Of a stretch of 64,000 nt of DNA, positions 1 to 11,329 are shown piece by piece. Origin of the DNA: Basidiobolus meristosporus CBS 931.73. Lineage: Eukaryota > Fungi > Basidiobolomycota. Both the position numbers and the translations under genes were made by a program. The DNA is taken from contig MCFE01000407.1 of the NCBI GenBank assembly GCA_002104905.1, positions 16,411-80,410 on the forward strand. The letters are read 5' to 3'. Position 1 is the first letter of the stretch, and each line of letters begins with the position of its first letter. The notes under the pieces were generated by a model. It was given only the letters and a program-made list of their open reading frames with translations. It made no database searches and was not told the DNA's origin.

Positions 1-233
1 GTTCCCAAGTGGGAATTCCCCTACCAACGCACCGCCTATTGTTGCTTTCCGACTATTTTTTTCGGGAATTCTTCTGGAGCATGAATCCCAATCTTATTGG
101 GTTTCAAACTTTACCATCGTTTATGGCGCGGTATGATTGGCCGCTGATTCCCATTTAATAATGTACATAGATCTTTATTTACAATGACCGTGTCTGGCGA
201 CAAGTTGGGATGGATGGCCACGAACGAACGGCA

Positions 234-2294
234 CTATTTGACCAGCAGCACACACAGTGCCAGCATGAACGACACGAACGACAACGACGGGGAATCCACC
301 ACCACCGCGGATCCGGCGGCGGCAACGGCGTTGATGGCTCTTGCTGGAATGGATGTCAGTATCGGGAGAGGCGCGCGTGGGGTGGTTGGGGACCGGGGCT
401 ACTTACGGGAGCAGTCGAGATGGCACTGAAATGCCAGCGTGCCGCGATCACTAATCCTATCGTTGGACGGACAGCCGTTGAGGGGATTAGGTTGCACCTT
501 GCAGAAGGTCAGGTTCTTCGGGGCGGGGACGTCGGGGAAAATGCTGTTGAGCGCGTTGAGATGAATGGCTCTGGAGGGGGATGTTTAAGTGACCGCGCAG
601 TCAGGGACAGCAATGAGAGACACGAACAAACGCTGAAGTCGCTCCAGGTCACCCAGAGAGCCTGGGACCGGCCCCGCAAGCTGGTTCTGAGAAAGGTCAC
701 TGGCCGATATGGGTTAGTGGGAATCCGCGGTGGGTCAGGGCGATCACTTACAGTCGCTCGAGGTTTTTCAGCTCGCCGATGGTACTGGGAATGGATCCGA
801 TGAGCTTGTTGTGCGACATGTCACTAGGATCGAGATGTTTAGAACACACGGGGGATGAGCGGATCCAATTGGTGTGGCACATACAGGGTCATCAAATTGG
901 TTAGACCGGTATACGGGCCGGGGATGTTCCCTTGGATCTTGTTATGGCTTATGGAACTAGAGTAGATCAGGTTAGCGATGGCGCTGGCGATGGCGATGTG
1001 ATTGGTAACGCCACTGACATGACTCGAAGCTCGACGCATCGTGCTAAGCCTTCGGGCAAGGGTCCTTCCAGCATGTTATGCCTCAAATATCTTTCGCCGA
1101 GGCGCATTAGTGTTGTATCGGTATTTGAGACAATGCGGAACTTACAATGAACGCAGCTTGGCCAGGTTTCCAATGGCGTCGGGGAGATTCCCTCGGAGTT
1201 GATTGTAATCTAGGGAGCTAACCGGTTGGGTAAGAAGGTCATTTCGGGAGAAGATCGCAAGCGACGAGCCTCGTACAGAATCTCCAGACTACTCAGCTTG
1301 AAGATCACCGGTGGGAGAGCATCGGCAAACTGGTTGCTGCTCAGGAATCTGTCATGTACGTTGGTTAGCCGGTGGCTGGTGCGCATGGGAAATCCTGTAG
1401 AACCCACAATCCCCTGAGATTCATTAAGCGATCCATGGATTCCGGAAGACTGGTGAACGAGTTGTTCTTCAGATGCCTACGAAGCCTGGGTGAGTTTGAG
1501 GTCATCGGGGATGGGCACAGATACTCACAGGCTTTGCAGGCTGCTCATCCCGCCCACGAAATCTCCGATTGCCCCGCCGAGGTTATTCTCGTCCAGATTC
1601 CTGTGGTGCGGGTGGTTAGTACACCGGATGGGCCAACGGATCGCCAGACAGCCCTTACAGGGAGAGGAGTGTCGACAGCGCGCCAAAGGAGTTCGGAAGC
1701 GGCCCAGACAGCTGATTCTTGCTGAGATCTCTGAAGGAGAAACGCGTTTAGATCCTCTTCCAACCACGAAGACTACACACTGCAGACGAACAAAATAAGT
1801 AAGCTTGATAGTTGCCCGATTTCAGCGGGGATTGCTCCCGAGACACCATTTGCCGAGAGTCGAATCGCCTTGACTCTCCCACTGTTGTTGCATGCGATGC
1901 CATGCCAGCTGCAGCAGCTCAGGGGATCCTGTGAGTCCCAGCCATCTTTGTTGAGCCACATGAGGCCATTCATGGTGGAATAGATCGTTCTCAGGACCCT
2001 GCAGTCTGCTAGTAGGCTTGTCTGCTGGGCCTCGTTTAGCGTGACACCAGGGGGGAGGCCCGCGACGACAATTCCCCCTGGGCTGCGGGCTTCCTGTTCT
2101 GAGGGAGTCTCGACGACATCGATGTCTTCAGGAGGCTCCGGAAGCTCATCAGAGGCTCCGGGGAGGGGCTGACCATCAGAGGGTCGTGGGCCCGGTTCGT
2201 CCGAAGTGCCTTTCCCCCCTGGTTCTTGGGAAGAAGCCAAGTTGTTTAAGAGTAGCCAAGAGCTGAGGATCAGCCAAATCAATCGAAGTTCCAT
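234..2294 (-). CDS. Secreted plant-type LRR protein (signal peptide, LRRNT_2-like cap, ~10-11 LRRs, Cys cap, GPI-like tail); 12 exons: complement(join(234..343,407..570,628..699,752..823,885..956,1019..1090,1146..1217,1277..1348,1408..1476,1529..1600,1659..1730,1792..2294)), 473 aa
   Basis: Spliced by hand. All 11 introns are GT-AG and 52-63 nt; many have CTAAC/CTGAC branch motifs. The joined CDS is 1422 nt, open from ATG 2294 to TAG 236-234. N-terminus MELRLIWLILSSWLLLNNLASS; cap DGWDSQDPLSCCSWHGIACN; repeats such as LDLSKNQLSGPLPNSFGALSTL and LDMSHNKLIGSIPSTIGELKNL; hydrophobic end SFVSFMLALCVLLVK. Confidence 0.93.
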
Positions 2295-3656
2295 CTTTCT
2301 TCTGATCCACAAAGGTAGCCACCTGACCTCGCTAGCTTTTTATAGAAGCCATTGGCCATATGTAGTAACCTGGGCGTGGAGAACCCAAGGTTGTCTCCAG
2401 CTTGCCTAATCCATCTTTGCAGTGGTTGGGGGACCCATGTAAGTGACTGCGCATACCGAAGAGCAACGTGCCACCTGGAAAAGGTTGCATTGAAGAGCCA
2501 GACGGCGTGGGCTAGCACCAACATCATTCGTGCACTGCAACACACATGTGAAGAGGACGATCGCGCGCTTCCGTGCTCGTCCCGCATGCGGTCCCGGCGA
2601 AGAGGATTCACCAGCAGCTGACCAATGCCAAGGTGAAACTGGAGAAGATCCCTCAATGCAGCCGCATGGATCGGAGAAACCATCAGTGAAAGGAACCTCC
2701 CATAGACAAATAATGGTTCCCAGATCGGCCAAGTAGCCGCGCGAGTGTTGTCGATATCTAGAACATCCACATCCGCATTCACAACCGCATCCACATCCAC
2801 GGTGATTCACAATTACGTGGACGCGTGAGGAGTTCGCCAATGAACCAAGATAACTGCGCAACACTGTCGGCCAATGCCAACGGCCGCTCTGCGCGAGGCC
2901 TAGATTTCGGAATTCCAAGGCGGAGCAGAGATAGGCGGCAGCTGGATGAAACCCTAATCATCGGAAGATCAGCGAGCAGGACGTGCGCTGAAGCTGCTCA
3001 CAAATCGAGCAGCGTGTTCCACTCACCCGGCGAGTTATGGAAATCGGTTTCGCACCATTTTAGGCTCCAACCATCTCGGAATCCGGGGCCACCGATAGGT
3101 TCCTGAAAACACCACGGCTCGGCCTGCTGTTCCAGCAACGGATCGAGCTCAATCTCAAAAGGAACCAGCCATCCACTATCCACTATCCACCGTCGACCGT
3201 CGACCGTCCACCCGCCACCAACCTCGAGTCAGCACTCCTGGCGCCGCTCCAACGGCCATGGCGAACGTTCCCGATTTCATCACGAGAATGTGGCGAATTT
3301 AATACTGCATAGCTCGTTTGTACCAACCATACGTTGATACAAAGCATCATCGGGCTGCCAATCAGCTGGGGCTGCATAGCATGGATCGGTCAAACTGGAT
3401 TGCTCTTCCAGAACGGCAACAACAAAGCTTCATGCGATTTGCATTTAGATCTCGCTCAGCCTCACTACGCTCGGCGGCGATTCAGTTCCTTTGCCCGGTC
3501 ATATTGGATCCGTATAAATTAAAATACCCGGGTTTCACAAAAATAAACTAGCTGCGCCTTGATAGTCTGCTTGGCGTAGAGATCCAAGGCACTGCTTGGT
3601 TGGACCGATACATCACCCAGCCCTCTTCACCTCCCCCGCTTCCTCTCCCGTGGCCA

Positions 3657-3740
3657 ATGGATCATCCTTGCCATTCCATTCCTTCCCCCACCGAGAACCA
3701 ACACCGGCCGAATATAAATTCGACGTGGATCCACTGCTGA
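3657..3740 (+). promoter_or_regulatory. Candidate upstream ORF (27 aa), out of frame, ending 17 nt before the bZIP ATG
   Basis: ATG 3657 to TGA 3740 (MDHPCHSIPSPTENQHRPNINSTWIHC). Transcript start unknown, so regulatory role is inferred. Confidence 0.35.
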
Positions 3741-3757
3741 CTTCTGTTTCACCGCAT

Positions 3758-4882
3758 ATGATTACTGAACCATTGCCCACCCCCACCCCCATCCACACGC
3801 TAATGGATCAGTTTGCCAACGGTAAGAATGGTGCAATGAACGAGGGGGCCGAGTTCAATCCAGTTTTCTCCGCCGATTATCTAAGCAACAGCGACAACGA
3901 TGCCGACCCTCTTCACTACGACAACTCGAACATCTCCGACACCCACAACAGCGTGAGCGAGGACGAGTTCCTCATGAACTACAACTTCGGCTCCAACGTC
4001 GTCACCCAGCCCAACTTCACCCACGACATGATCGCCCAGAGCTCGCTCGCTCCATCAGCCGATTTCGACTCGCGATTGAGCTCCAGCAAGTTCGACTGGA
4101 GCTCCTTCAGCAACCCCGGCCCCAACGGGCCCATCCCCGGCGTACCCATGAGCAACATGCCCATCCTCGTGAGCAACCCCTTCGACCCGACGTCCCAGCG
4201 TCGCTCCAGCCTTCCCGGGGACTCCGACGGGGCGGACTTCGCCGCGATCGGGGACCTGAACCACCGGAAGCGCGTCTTCTCCTGGGCCGACATGAACCAT
4301 ACCAGCTATTTCGGCCCCGACATGGACTTTGCCCAATCAGTGCGCCGCTCTTCCGTCAACATCCCACTTCAAGACGTGCGCAACCATGCCTCCTACATGA
4401 ACCCATACGCTGCCAAGGTCCCCACCCACCTGAACCTCGCCCAGCCCCATCCCCATCCCGCCCCCAACTCCAGCGAGCCAAATCGCCATGGCTTCCCGCT
4501 GGACGAGGCGCTGTCGAACTCTCCCTCCTTCCCCACAGAAGATGTCAAGCACAAGACGAAAAGCAAGAAGTCAAGGAGCGCGGCCATGGCCGCCCCGGAG
4601 AAGAAGCACCTACCGAACGGGGTGGACAGCCTTGGGCCCGAGGCCCCACAGCAGTCGGTGGTGGAGCGCCGCCTGAACCGGAGGCGGGAGAGGAACCGAC
4701 TGGCCGCGCGACGCAGCAGGGAGAAACGCACCCAGTTCTTGAGGGACCTCGAGGGGTTGAACGACTCCCTTCGTAACGAGAACAACGCACTCAAAGGGAA
4801 GCTTTGTGAGGTGCTGCGGGAGCTGGAGATGTTGCGTGGGTCGGCCACACAGGAGGGGAGCTCCGCTTCCAATCATTCCTGA
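3758..4882 (+). CDS. bZIP transcription factor (374 aa from first in-frame ATG; frame is open upstream to 3566)
   Basis: C-terminal basic region RRRERNRLAARRSREKR is followed by a heptad zipper L-EGLNDS-L-RNENNA-L-KGKLCE-V-LRELEM-L. The N-terminal part is Ser/Pro/Asp-rich and activation-like, with GC3-rich codons. The start codon is uncertain. Confidence 0.88.
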   Translation: MITEPLPTPTPIHTLMDQFANGKNGAMNEGAEFNPVFSADYLSNSDNDADPLHYDNSNISDTHNSVSEDEFLMNYNFGSNVVTQPNFTHDMIAQSSLAPSADFDSRLSSSKFDWSSFSNPGPNGPIPGVPMSNMPILVSNPFDPTSQRRSSLPGDSDGADFAAIGDLNHRKRVFSWADMNHTSYFGPDMDFAQSVRRSSVNIPLQDVRNHASYMNPYAAKVPTHLNLAQPHPHPAPNSSEPNRHGFPLDEALSNSPSFPTEDVKHKTKSKKSRSAAMAAPEKKHLPNGVDSLGPEAPQQSVVERRLNRRRERNRLAARRSREKRTQFLRDLEGLNDSLRNENNALKGKLCEVLRELEMLRGSATQEGSSASNHS

Positions 4883-6399
4883 CTCGGAACATCCTCTAGA
4901 CAACATGCGATCCCCATCACCCACATCCGGCACACTCCATTTCCATCCAACTTACCCTTCCACCACCAACGCCAACACCAACACCAACCAACACCATCCC
5001 CTTCCCTATCCCCCATCCCCCAAACACCTTCAACCCCAACTCCACCACCACCGCGAACATGTCCGCTACTGATTGCGTTCACCGTGTAAAAATGATCGAG
5101 CCCATGTACAATTACTCCCTTGCTTTTGGGGTCCCTTCCAGTGCACGGTCTATTTAATGCTGTATTATAGAGTGCGTTTTTCAAGTCCCGTCCCCGTTCC
5201 CGTTCCCGTTCGTGTTTTGGCCCCTCCATTCATCGGCCTAATAAAGCGACCATTCCTCGAAGACATCCACTCGTTCGGTGTGCTCCCTTCGTTCTCCATC
5301 CAACCCTCGCTCAGTCGTTCATCCCCCTACCTTACCATCTTTCCATCACCATCACCATCCCCATCCCCACCACGGGGTCGCCCCGCCCCCGCCTATCCTA
5401 TCGACATCGGGCTGATACATGGCAATGGCTCTGGAAATGTTCCAATACGTCCCCAGGGTCGTTCCACCGGCTGATTGGACGTCAGGTAGGGTTGAACGGA
5501 GTCGGAATTGGAACGGGAAGCTTCGAATGGGGAGGGGCGAGAACGCTAATGGGTGCCCGGCAGCATGAGGTCGCATTCCCCGCTGGCGGAGCGAGGGACA
5601 TGGGAAGGCGGAGGGAGGGGTGGGAGCGGGGGGGAGAGAAGGGGCGGTCGGGGGATCGGGGATAGGTTACGTAGGGAACATCGAGGCCATGGATTGGTGC
5701 GCTCTCCTCGCACTCAAGTCCACCCAACCTCGTGCGATAAAACCTGGCCCCCTCCTACGCCCACCCTATCCTGGCCCCCTTCCCGTTTCCATTCCCATTC
5801 CCATTCCCACCATCCCCCACGGGAACTCCCTTCCACTTTCGGCCATGGATCTCCCGGTCCCTCCCGTCTCCGGTGTTCCGGGCGCAGCGCCCATTCCCCT
5901 GGGGACCGATCCTGTCCCTCACGCTGGCTTGTCCACCCAACCGCCGGGAATCCGGTCATCGGCTGATCCTTCAACCGGCACGCATTCAACAATGCTAACA
6001 CTGACATGGAAATCTCTACTGGTGCACCATCCAAGGCCTCTTTTACTGCTTGGTGCTTGGCAACCTGAACCGAACAGGCATAGACCAATAGTGTACCCTT
6101 TTCATGGCTATCCTTTGGACCATCTTCGGATCTGGCTGGATCTTTGGCCCTGGATCACTGGTGTGAAGTTCTGTTGGAGGAAGAGTTCTCCATGATCCTA
6201 CTCTGGCCTGAATTCAATCCTTGGTGGACTTGCAACCATATTTTGGCCATCATTCAAGGCAATGTGGGGTGAGGTGTCTGCCCTGGAACAGAACAAACCT
6301 GTCATTGATATGGCTGGGTTTCCTACCTGGATGATCTGGAGTTGAGAGTCATCATTGTTACCCCCTGAAATATATGGCCCTATCCTCCTGACATACCCT

Positions 6400-7139
6400 T
6401 CTCTCTGCTCATGACTGAAGAGTTAATGCATTGCTCATGTTGGAAAGCTTTTGCCCCCACTGATTCCCCCATCTTAAGTATCACTGGTTGTGGATTGATT
6501 CCATATTCTAACTATTGGCTTATTGATTGCCAGCACTGCTGTAACTGTGTGCTGAACTTCTGTACATTTCCACTATGGAAAAATAATCTCCTTGGTGTTG
6601 GTAATTGGACAGTAGTAATGTGTGTGAGTGGTGGAGTACATTCTTAGGATTTTGCATGTCTCATAGTAACATCATTCATTGTGTCCAAAAAGCCAGCCAT
6701 CATGCAGATGGCTTGGGTCTCTTCAATTCATATAGTGTTATGTGCTTTGACATGACAGCTACTCACTGGTATCCCACCAGATTGCATATCAAACTCATCC
6801 AGTAATCAATAGGGGTAACTATCCAGGCATGGTGGTGCCTGAGGCCCAGATATCAATGAGACAACCATCAGATTTCTCCTTTGATACCAAGAGATTGGTG
6901 GTAGATTCAGGTTGCTGAGAATCAGTGGCCAGTAGGATTTGCTGGTAAAGTGCTTGTTTGATGAGGATCCATCAAGAGCCAAGGCAAAGGCATAGCCATG
7001 CATACCTTCTAAGCAGCCCTTACTTCTCAGTTGTTTGCAATGTTGTTTTCAACTGTATTGGGAGTGCCTGCACTTGATTGATACTGAGGGTGATACCTTA
7101 TAGCCTCACAATATTTGTTGGACTGCATGTGCTTCTTCA
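6400..7139 (-). mobile_element. Degenerate CACTA/EnSpm-like Tnp2 (Transposase_21-like) fragment
   Basis: FALALDGSSSNKHFTSKSYWPLILSNLNLPPISWYQRRNLMVVSLISGPQAPPCLDSY matches the DG..WP...NLPP..GP..DS motif series of Tnp2; homologous to 45957-46691 and 51458-51673. Confidence 0.75.
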
Positions 7140-9267
7140 TGTTGTAAGGGTTCTGGAGATTTGCAAAGTGATTGGGAGAACAAGTAGATCCTGTAGTTTT
7201 CACTTTGTGATCTAATGAATGAAAAAGTGGTATTTTACTTCCACAAGGTATTGGCAAAGTGAACACATAAAACATGATCAGAAAAGTCCCAAGAGCATGT
7301 GAGCAGTGTCTGGGGCTGCATGGACAATCTTTGAGAAATTTCATGCTCTGGACACTGGATGTTGTGGATGAAAGTACTCTAATCCCATTATGGAACTTGG
7401 TTGGAGTTCTCTAGACTTCCAGGTAATGCTCTTGGTGACTAAGTTAGGTGAATATTGAGGTGCAATTCCAAGTCTTTAAAACACTCCCACTCAACTAAAT
7501 ACTCATAGTCACTAGTCCAATTGTTATTGAGATCTCAATTGGTTTCTAGCTAATGGTTTGGTAAATATGTCTTCAACCATTTCATCTGAAGGAAAGTAAG
7601 CTAGATTAACTGGGTTACTCACTAGTAGCTTCACATGTCAAATGATGTTTGACATCTATGTGCCTAGACCCAGCATGAAAAGATGGATTTCTACCTAATT
7701 GTATACAATCTTAATAACTTAAAATAATGCAGTAGGGGCTTTTTGACGCAAGCCTAAGTCTTGAAAAGCTTTCTTAACCACATTACTGCTTTAGTTGCTT
7801 CAAATGGTGTCATATACTCTGTCTCTGCGGTGGATAGTGCTATAGTTGGTTTCATTCTTGAGTTCCATCACATTGCTCCTTTACATTCTCTAAGAAAGAA
7901 AGATTAAGAAAAGGCCAGCCAAATACCACCATAATATTGGCTGAATTTCAAATTTCTCAAAGCTGACAACTCTCAATACACTAGAGTACTAGCTATTAGT
8001 TGGGTAAGTGGACATATTCTCCAAGAGGAGACCAGGTTGACTAGCATTTGTGCCAAGCTTGATAGCTACCCACCGACTACTTCCATTATAAGTATAACTG
8101 AAAATTTGAGCAGAAAACATCAGCTGAATTCCAGCAAAATACCATTAGAACACCAGCAGAATACTGGCTGAGATTCAGAGGAATTCATGTTTGAGATCTT
8201 TTGAAGGGAATTCTCTCACTTTGTGATCCCAGACCTTCAAGTTACCTCCTACATTTATATACATTTGTTGGCTATTGCCTCTCTTCCACACTCCTTACTT
8301 TCTAACTCAACCAATGATCCTACTTTTTATGCATACAAACTAGTCTATTTCCATTGAATCATCAGTTGTAGCTCAACTGACTCTAGGGCTGATTCAAGGC
8401 CCTGGAACTTGTCCCTCAGGCTACTCAGGATGGTAATTATCACATTGACTTCAGTGGTTTGTACACTCACATATTCCATCTCATTAGCCAACAGGGTAGC
8501 TCTTTTAAATAGATTTTTCATTTATTCTCCTAGCCACATCTTTGCAGTAGAGAATTTGCATCTAAGATATGTTTTCTTAGCAGCAGTAGCATCAATGGTA
8601 GGTGTCTTCTAATGCATTCCAGGAATTTTTTGCCATTTTACACTTGAGTGTTGAATCAGCAATTTGACTTCAACATTAAGGCAAAACACACTTGAAGACA
8701 CTTTGTTCTTTACTCTGGTATTTAAGGCTTCCTCTCCCACACTTTTAGGAGGGCATTCTTCCTCCAAAACAATATCCCAAAGGCCTCTTTCCTGCAGTCA
8801 CATCTTCATCTTCACAATCAAGACTTAGTGTTAGATCTATCCCACTATTCAGCCAACAGAAAAATACTGGTAATAGTAGTGGTAGACATTGCCAAGAGTG
8901 ACAGTTTGGGGTTTATAGCCAGTAGTAAAAGTCTTGGAGATATTAGAAGTGATTTGGATAACAAGTATATTATCTGGTGTCACTTTAATCATTTATTGAA
9001 TATAAAAGCTGTATTTATACTTCAATATGATCTTGGCAAAGCAAGCACAAAGGGTTTGCTAGGAAAGGTCTCAAGAACAAGTATGCAAAGTTAAGGGCTG
9101 TTTGGACAACTTTGAAAATTAAATATTCTGAGAACCTAATGTTTTGGTTAAAGTATCTAGGTAAATCCCAACAAGAAGTTTGGTCAGTATCCGCTAAGAC
9201 TGGTAGGTAGTAATCTAGATGACTAAGTTGGGTGAATACTTAGGTAGAATTACAAATTATATCAACT
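7140..9267 (-). mobile_element. Internally deleted, degenerate Copia family A element (3' LTR ~7140-7482, RNase H remnant, gag remnant, 5' LTR ~8921-9267)
   Basis: LTR, PPT (ctcccactcaact, 7483), decayed PBS (ggggtttatagcc) and gag/RNase H sequence are homologous to the 57868-60952 copy. No matching TSD. Confidence 0.7.
7888..8208 (+). mobile_element. Degenerate copy of the ~320-bp CCCTAWGA-ended MITE
   Basis: Colinear with 16040-16358; termini decayed (ctctaagaaag...ttttgaaggg). Confidence 0.6.
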
Positions 9268-9269
9268 GG

Positions 9270-9830
9270 AGCAAGGAGCTAGATATTCAAGTACCTAATG
9301 CTATGAGAGCACATTTTGGCTCATAGTCAAGTGTGTCTAGGACAGTCTCATAAATGAGACACCAAACCAATAAGAATATAAGATCAAATAATCATCCAGC
9401 ATAATAAGCATGAATATACAGTTGATCATGACCCACCATGGTTAGCATTATAAATAAAGCTGTGGCATCACATACACACATATATATGACTCTGTTTCCC
9501 ATTTGGTTTGACTCACTTGACTTTATTTGCCACCAAAAAATAAAGCAAAGGTGTCTGGTTCCCAACAAAACCCCACCACAAATATGAGCAGCAAAATGGT
9601 TGGCCAACAGCTTGCCTTGACATTTGGTGCAACAAGCAGGGCTACATCCACAAAAGGCAGATGGATAGTGTGCATACTGAAGGTCATAGCAAACACTGCT
9701 CAGGCTCCCAATCAAGTGGGTAGTGGAGAATTCTTGGGGAGCCACAAGCAGACCATAATGCTCAGGCAGAAGAGAATCTAGCAAACACAGTACCTCTGCT
9801 TGCACATCAGCCAATAACTGCCATGACATC
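9270..9830 (+). repeat. Repeat carrying the start of a decayed ORF (PPKNKAK...LALTFGATS), probably the second ORF of the CACTA-like element
   Basis: Homologous to 16940-17396 (LLKNKVK...LALTFSATS). In both places it lies head-to-head with a minus-strand Tnp2 remnant. Confidence 0.5.
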
Positions 9831-10200
9831 CCCTATGAAAAATAAATGTGATGATCCCATAAAAAGACTATCATAAGACTTAAATTTTGTGACTAAGCGG
9901 TAGTGATGCTATGAGGATACCTTACAAAAACCACTGGAGAAATTGCACCTGAGATTTCACAAATAACCTGGTCAAGATTTGCTATCACATCACTACCTAA
10001 GTTGCATTTGATTGGTTTCCTGCCATTTCTTGCACTGTCTGATCTTTGACCCTCAATCACCTCCTATGTTTGTGCACATTGGTTGGCTATTGCCTTTTTT
10101 CACACTCCTTACTTCCTGACACAACCATTGCTTTTACTTTTCATGCAACCAAGTTGGTTTATATTTGTTGAATATTCAACTGTAACTCAATTATAGATGG
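9831..10200 (+). mobile_element. Terminal segment of a CCCTATGA-ended DNA transposon
   Basis: Starts ccctatgaaaa; colinear with 33099-33310 and 34157-34500; its inner part also recurs at ~8220-8390. Confidence 0.55.
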
Positions 10201-10699
10201 AACAGACTTATGCAAGTCCCTTATGAAAAGTAACTTGGTTCTGCATATGGATCTAATCCCAATTAGCTGGCAAAATCTTGCCATAAGAACATCAAAATGC
10301 CGCTGGAACTATTGACTCTGTTCACAATCTTGTGGCAGGATTGTAAGCAGTTAATATTCCTGAGTTGGGGAATAAGCTTGAGAGTACCTTTATGGTCTTT
10401 TGGCAGGACTTGAATTGCATTCTGATGGTCTTACTACAGTATGCATGTATTTGAGCAGGCATTGCTGGCCAATCTATAGAATGCCTTATACAGAAAAGAA
10501 GCTAGACAGTTTTCTGATTGCCTCAATGCAAACTTCTGTTGTCATTTATCCAGCAGTCAGCAGCATACAGCGGTTCCTTCTTAATGCTACTGCATTGATT
10601 TACTAAGTCCTATTTCAGCTTTCTACCTCTACTTGGACCATTCATATATTCCACTGTAGAGTCATGCTTTTTTATTTGCTTACTCTTGCTACCATAGGT

Positions 10700-11240
10700 A
10701 TATTGCATTTTAAGAGTTCACTTATTTTTGTCATGATCAGTGACTGGTACTCCCACTTCATGGATTGTTGTCACAGAGTTGCATACAGACTCTGTATTGC
10801 CTGTTCCAGAATCTGAGGTTTTGCACATAAGGCATGGTAAGGTTCTTTATGATCATTGCACATCTGCCACCCAAATCCAGGGGCATTTCTTATGTAGATA
10901 GATCTCTTAACTGGGATAATCTGCGCTGATCTGTAACTGGCAAAAGATCCTTTTGTATCTTCCTGTACTACATTTGTATCTTCTTCATTAGTGGTTATTG
11001 CATTGCCAGAAAGTTGGCCAATAAGTGGCTTTCTGATCTAAATCCTCCTCAAATACAATGCTCCTGCTCTAGACCAGTCTCTGAATTTTACTATCATATA
11101 CTCTATGCCCTCTACTGACTTCACAATATGCTATGAAGGTAATTTGGCCACACAGGTAGATTCAATCTGCAGTAGTCATCAGGATCTCAAAATGAGGTTG
11201 TCATAATGCAGGCAGCATGGAATTATTGATCCTCTGACAT
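10700..11240 (-). mobile_element. Copia family B integrase-RT junction fragment
   Basis: Colinear with ~41330-41700 (minus) and ~27950-28300 (plus). Confidence 0.6.
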
Positions 11241-11329
11241 GATCATATGGTAGGATTGTGACAGCTCTGTGCCAAGGTTACTGCAAAATAAAGTTAAAAA
11301 CTTAACAATATACTAACCACAGGCCTAAT

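Noticed and set aside
2795-2825. TGATTCA and TTACGTGG motifs as bZIP autoregulatory sites
   Set aside because: Short imperfect motifs expected by chance in 1.3 kb; no supporting evidence.
184-3551. Many ORF-track entries overlapping or between the LRR and bZIP genes (e.g. 210-803+, 2279-2800-, 2406-2918-)
   Set aside because: Antisense or alternate-frame shadows in GC-rich DNA; no domain motifs; the splice model explains the real coding signal.
3512-3565. Possible intron linking ATG 3381 to the bZIP frame
   Set aside because: Weak branch site, and splicing it does not restore the bZIP frame.
4960-5810. Short repeats (CCAACA)n, (CCCGTT)n, (CCATCA/C)n and (TTCCCA)n as CRISPR or telomere-like arrays
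   Set aside because: Only 3-4 imperfect hexamer units with no spacers; ordinary microsatellites. No CRISPR array anywhere in the window.
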